Assembly (NCBI GenBank): GCA_051362555.1
Contig: CM120642.1
Location: 24,986,001 to 25,050,000 of the forward strand
Length of the DNA: 64,000 bases
Origin: Lingula anatina
Lineage: Eukaryota; Animalia; Brachiopoda
Direction of reading: 5' to 3'
How positions within the stretch are numbered: the stretch's first letter is position 1; every line of letters starts with the position of its first letter. Shown one piece after another: positions 61,601 through 64,000 of this stretch. Position numbers and translations under genes: made by a program. The notes beneath the pieces are model-generated. The model was given only the letters and a program-made list of their open reading frames with translations. It ran no database searches and had not been told where the DNA came from.

Positions 61601-64000
61601 AGGAGATTAAAAGCCAAATCAGCAAATCATAATCAGACCAGGAATAATAGTTCAGAAGCAACAGTGATAAATAGCAAATATTTTGGAAATTTTATGAGAT
61701 AAAACTTGCAAACAAAAATATTTTGTCAAAAGTTTTGAGTGCCTTGTGAATTTATCAGTTTATTTTTTGAAACATTTTTATAGAATCTGGATATTTTTGT
61801 AGCGTGACAGCAGCTCTCATAGGCACAAAGCAAAGCAAGTAGAGAAAAACGTACCAAAATAGTTTTAGCAGATCAATGCAATAGGATAAAATTGAAAAAT
61901 TTTATACCAAAACAGTGTCTTTTTTTCTGCGTTTCAGACACAAGTCCTCATAAATATCATCTTCATCCTCATTATATACAGAATCGTACAACTCATCTCC
62001 ATCTGCAATATCGCGTTCACTGTGAGAAAAAATTAAGTGAGCACACTTTAGTGATTGACATGCACACAGCATTTTAATCCCTATCGTTTTTTTTTTTTCC
62101 TTTAAAAAATCCACGCCTCAAACAACAAACTAGTTCACCCCAATCCTTTTGGGAAATGAAGAAAGCTATTACAGAATAATAATAAAAAAAAGACAAAACA
62201 GTGCACTGACACCTGAAGCATAAACAAACTGTTAGATACTGAAGACAAATAACAACAATGAACAGATAAAACTATCTGAAATAGGGCAGTGATGTTGGAA
62301 GAAGACAGTCACAGTGAAAGGGGACAGTCAAAGGAAGACAGGATACTGGACTTGGGCCATAGAACCTGAAGATTAACTTGGTCAAAGAGTGGAAGATATA
62401 TTTCAAAACTGACTTTAACATACTCGGGGATGAGGCTGTCTTTTATTGGTAAAGTCAACAAATATGGCGTGGGGTCCAGGGGGGTCTCCTAGGCCATTGA
62501 CATTTTGGCACAGAAAAAGTCGCAAATCTGCCAATAGTTGGAAAGATCTCATCCCTGATACTAGTAAGTATCTAGAAAACTGGATTTATTTGCCAACTTA
62601 TCACCAATATCATGACCACTAGAATCAAGGAAAAGAAACGCCAAAAAGTATTTTCAGTATTATGAATGAAAGAGGAGGATTAAAGAAAAAGTTGCTATAA
62701 TTATAAGAAATTCACACAGAAGACTGTCCAGTAACATGCTGATCTTAATCATTCAAAAGTAAATGTACAAGATGATGGCAGATGTTTTTAAATAAATAGT
62801 CAACTTTTATGCAGATGTCAGCACTGGTCAGCAATTTTGGTAAAAACCAGCCACATTCCAAGATTTGAGCTGAGTTAAAGGCCCTGTTTAGAGGTTTTAG
62901 CCATCACCATTTTTTGTATGTTGTCTTGAAATTCATGTCTGGTTTAATATTTGCCCCACGTTTTTCTGTCAGGGTTATAGTTGTATTGAAAGTGAGAGCA
63001 GTAAGCTAGTGCTACCAGTCCTCAGAGCCCAACAGATCAGCTTATAGCTGACAGTTTTTGCAGGATATTAGGCGACATGGGGATTTTGATAAGAGGCATG
63101 CAGGGATCTATTAAATAAAACAACAAGACAATACATCAACACACAAAACACACAGCATTAAAATATGCATGGAAAAAAAACACAATCTTTTGAAATAGGA
63201 GGAAGAAAAACACCTGCTCCAGCTGGTCTCGTTCTCGTTCCTTTCGTCTTCGTGTTGTCCTGCCTCTCAGGGAGCAGAGATCCTCGTAAATCTCCTGTTC
63301 GCCTTCCTCGACTGTCGTCACTGCTGAATATATATCCTCATCTGGAAGCTCACTATAAAATGTCATAGGTTAAAGGTCAAAGAACTGGCATATGTAGGCA
63401 AAAAAGGATACTTCTTTCTATGGGCAACCCTACCTAAATGGTCAGGTTAGATAAAAGTATGAGCAATGAGTATACCTGTTCAATCAGAAAAGCATAAAAC
63501 AATTGTGTCATATGACATTATGCATTCATGAATTGAACCTTTCTATCCAGAAATGTCAGAATTATCTCAGGCCAAAGGTCACTGAAGGTTATCCAGGTGA
63601 GAAAACTGACACCAATATTATCAGTGCTGAAACAGATCAAGCACATTACTGAAACTAAATACTATTACATTTAGCTTTTTTTATTTGGCTGAACAGAAAA
63701 CACAACTTTTCCTTTATCTTACTTCTAAATTTCTACCAACTATAAATGTTACTAACAAAGAACAATAACCAATTTTTTCCAGTAGTTAGTTTCATAGAAG
63801 TATATTAATTTTATGAAACCAATAAGATTAACATTAGGTAGTGAATATATCCTTTATAAAAAAATATATTTCTTAATAACATTTATGAACATGACAGAAC
63901 ATGTTTAATCTTTGTGCCTCTACTGTTACATCAGTACGTACCATGCCCTGTCCTCTAGTGTTCTATATACGTCCTCCACGGGACTAGGGACTCTGCTGAG
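45724..64000 (-). CDS. vav: Vav guanine nucleotide exchange factor (Ac-DH-PH-C1-SH3-SH2-SH3; CH domain exons lie beyond the window). Exons: >64000-63942, [63352-63214 or 62019-61908], 60510-60418, 60088-60020, 59511-59308, 58983-58888, 58653-58582, 58173-58081, 57891-57800, 57486-57441, 54525-54436, 54216-54107, 53700-53599, 53246-53215, 52864-52796, 51450-51334, 51083-50890, [50348-50185 or 48880/48874-48708], 47980-47858, 47370-47280, 46722-46620, 46330/46318-46161, 45801-45724
   Basis: Acidic region with IYEDL. DH: [55 protein letters not shown]: [37 protein letters not shown]1: [43 protein letters not shown]-terminal SH3 with a proline insert (YTGTPAPP). SH2: WYVGEMSR...YLIRES. C-terminal SH3: ASFDYAAT...GWWKG...IGYFPCAYV. 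All consecutive splice phases were checked and are compatible. Confidence 0.95.
45923..45956. repeat. (CA)n microsatellite
   Basis: Direct reading. Confidence 0.9.
48708..48880 (-). CDS. vav: Vav nSH3-SH2 linker exon, variant B ((FQ)[56 protein letters not shown]), phase 0 to 2
   Basis: Two in-frame acceptors (exon start 48880 or 48874) and GTATGT donor; the open frame ends in TG of the SH2-initial Trp codon. Confidence 0.8.
50185..50348 (-). CDS. vav: Vav nSH3-SH2 linker exon, variant A ([55 protein letters not shown]), phase 0 to 2
   Basis: TCTATAG acceptor and GTATGA donor, 164 nt open frame ending in TG of the SH2-initial Trp codon. Confidence 0.8.
51576..52668 (+). mobile_element. Third, diverged copy of the same Harbinger-like element (1093 bp) in a Vav intron
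   Basis: TIR ggccacacttttttatttttatggatgacatcct / aggatgtcatccataaaattaaaaaagtgtggcc, TTA on both sides, colinear with 39597-40564. Confidence 0.88.
55556..55599. repeat. (CT)n microsatellite
   Basis: Direct reading. Confidence 0.9.
61209..61495. repeat. Diverged ~140-bp tandem duplication in a Vav intron
   Basis: aagctcaa..gattct.gcag.tagca.tgctgtaatta ... gacctttact.tttatt.cgtaaaaagt.aaa.tgcaag.ccaatgtaaatt occurs twice. Confidence 0.75.
61908..62019 (-). CDS. vav: Vav acidic-region exon, variant B ([37 protein letters not shown]), phase 2 to 0
   Basis: CTCACAG acceptor and GTATAA donor, 112 nt, contains ELYDSV (Y160-like) and DIYEDL (Y174-like). Confidence 0.85.
62425..62557. mobile_element. 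Small TIR element with 5-bp TSD (ATACT) between the two Vav acidic-region exons
   Basis: cggggatgag / ctcatccctg termini, ATACT at 62420-62424 and 62558-62562. Confidence 0.55.
63214..63352 (-). CDS. vav: Vav acidic-region exon, variant A ([46 protein letters not shown]), phase 2 to 0
   Basis: TTTATAG acceptor and GTGTTT donor, 139 nt, contains EIYEDL (equivalent to Vav1 Y174). Confidence 0.8.

Noticed and set aside
62310-62366. Candidate bridging exon between the two Vav acidic exons (TCTTCAG acceptor near 62366)
   Set aside because: The phase-0 frame stops after 18 codons and no convincing phase-2 donor was found

Overview
AT-rich, intron-rich invertebrate (bilaterian) genomic DNA, with no prokaryotic features, CRISPR arrays, rRNA or tRNA. 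Three spliced genes were reconstructed by hand using GT-AG sites and exon phases. They are the last five coding exons of TBC1D13 (+, 1289-4126), a LIM-homeobox gene of the Arrowhead/Lhx6/8 class (-, about 20763-29912) and most of a Vav Rho-GEF gene (-, 45724 to beyond 64000). The most notable signals are: (1) Vav has two independent pairs of duplicated, phase-locked exons that look mutually exclusive, one pair covering the autoinhibitory Y174-type acidic helix and one covering the YxN-bearing nSH3-SH2 linker. (2) A minimal type I hammerhead ribozyme motif lies in a TBC1D13 intron, next to an inverted repeat. (3) A Harbinger-like MITE has inserted into an essentially identical copy of itself, creating an ~840-bp inverted repeat. 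(4) A 118-nt hairpin has mismatches (tandem G.A pairs, GCA triloop) that favour folding on one strand only. (5) Comparison of repeat copies reveals TA-GG(G)CC-TA footprints. Many small non-autonomous elements and LINE relics are also present. All coordinates were read by eye and may be off by a few bases. No database searches were run.
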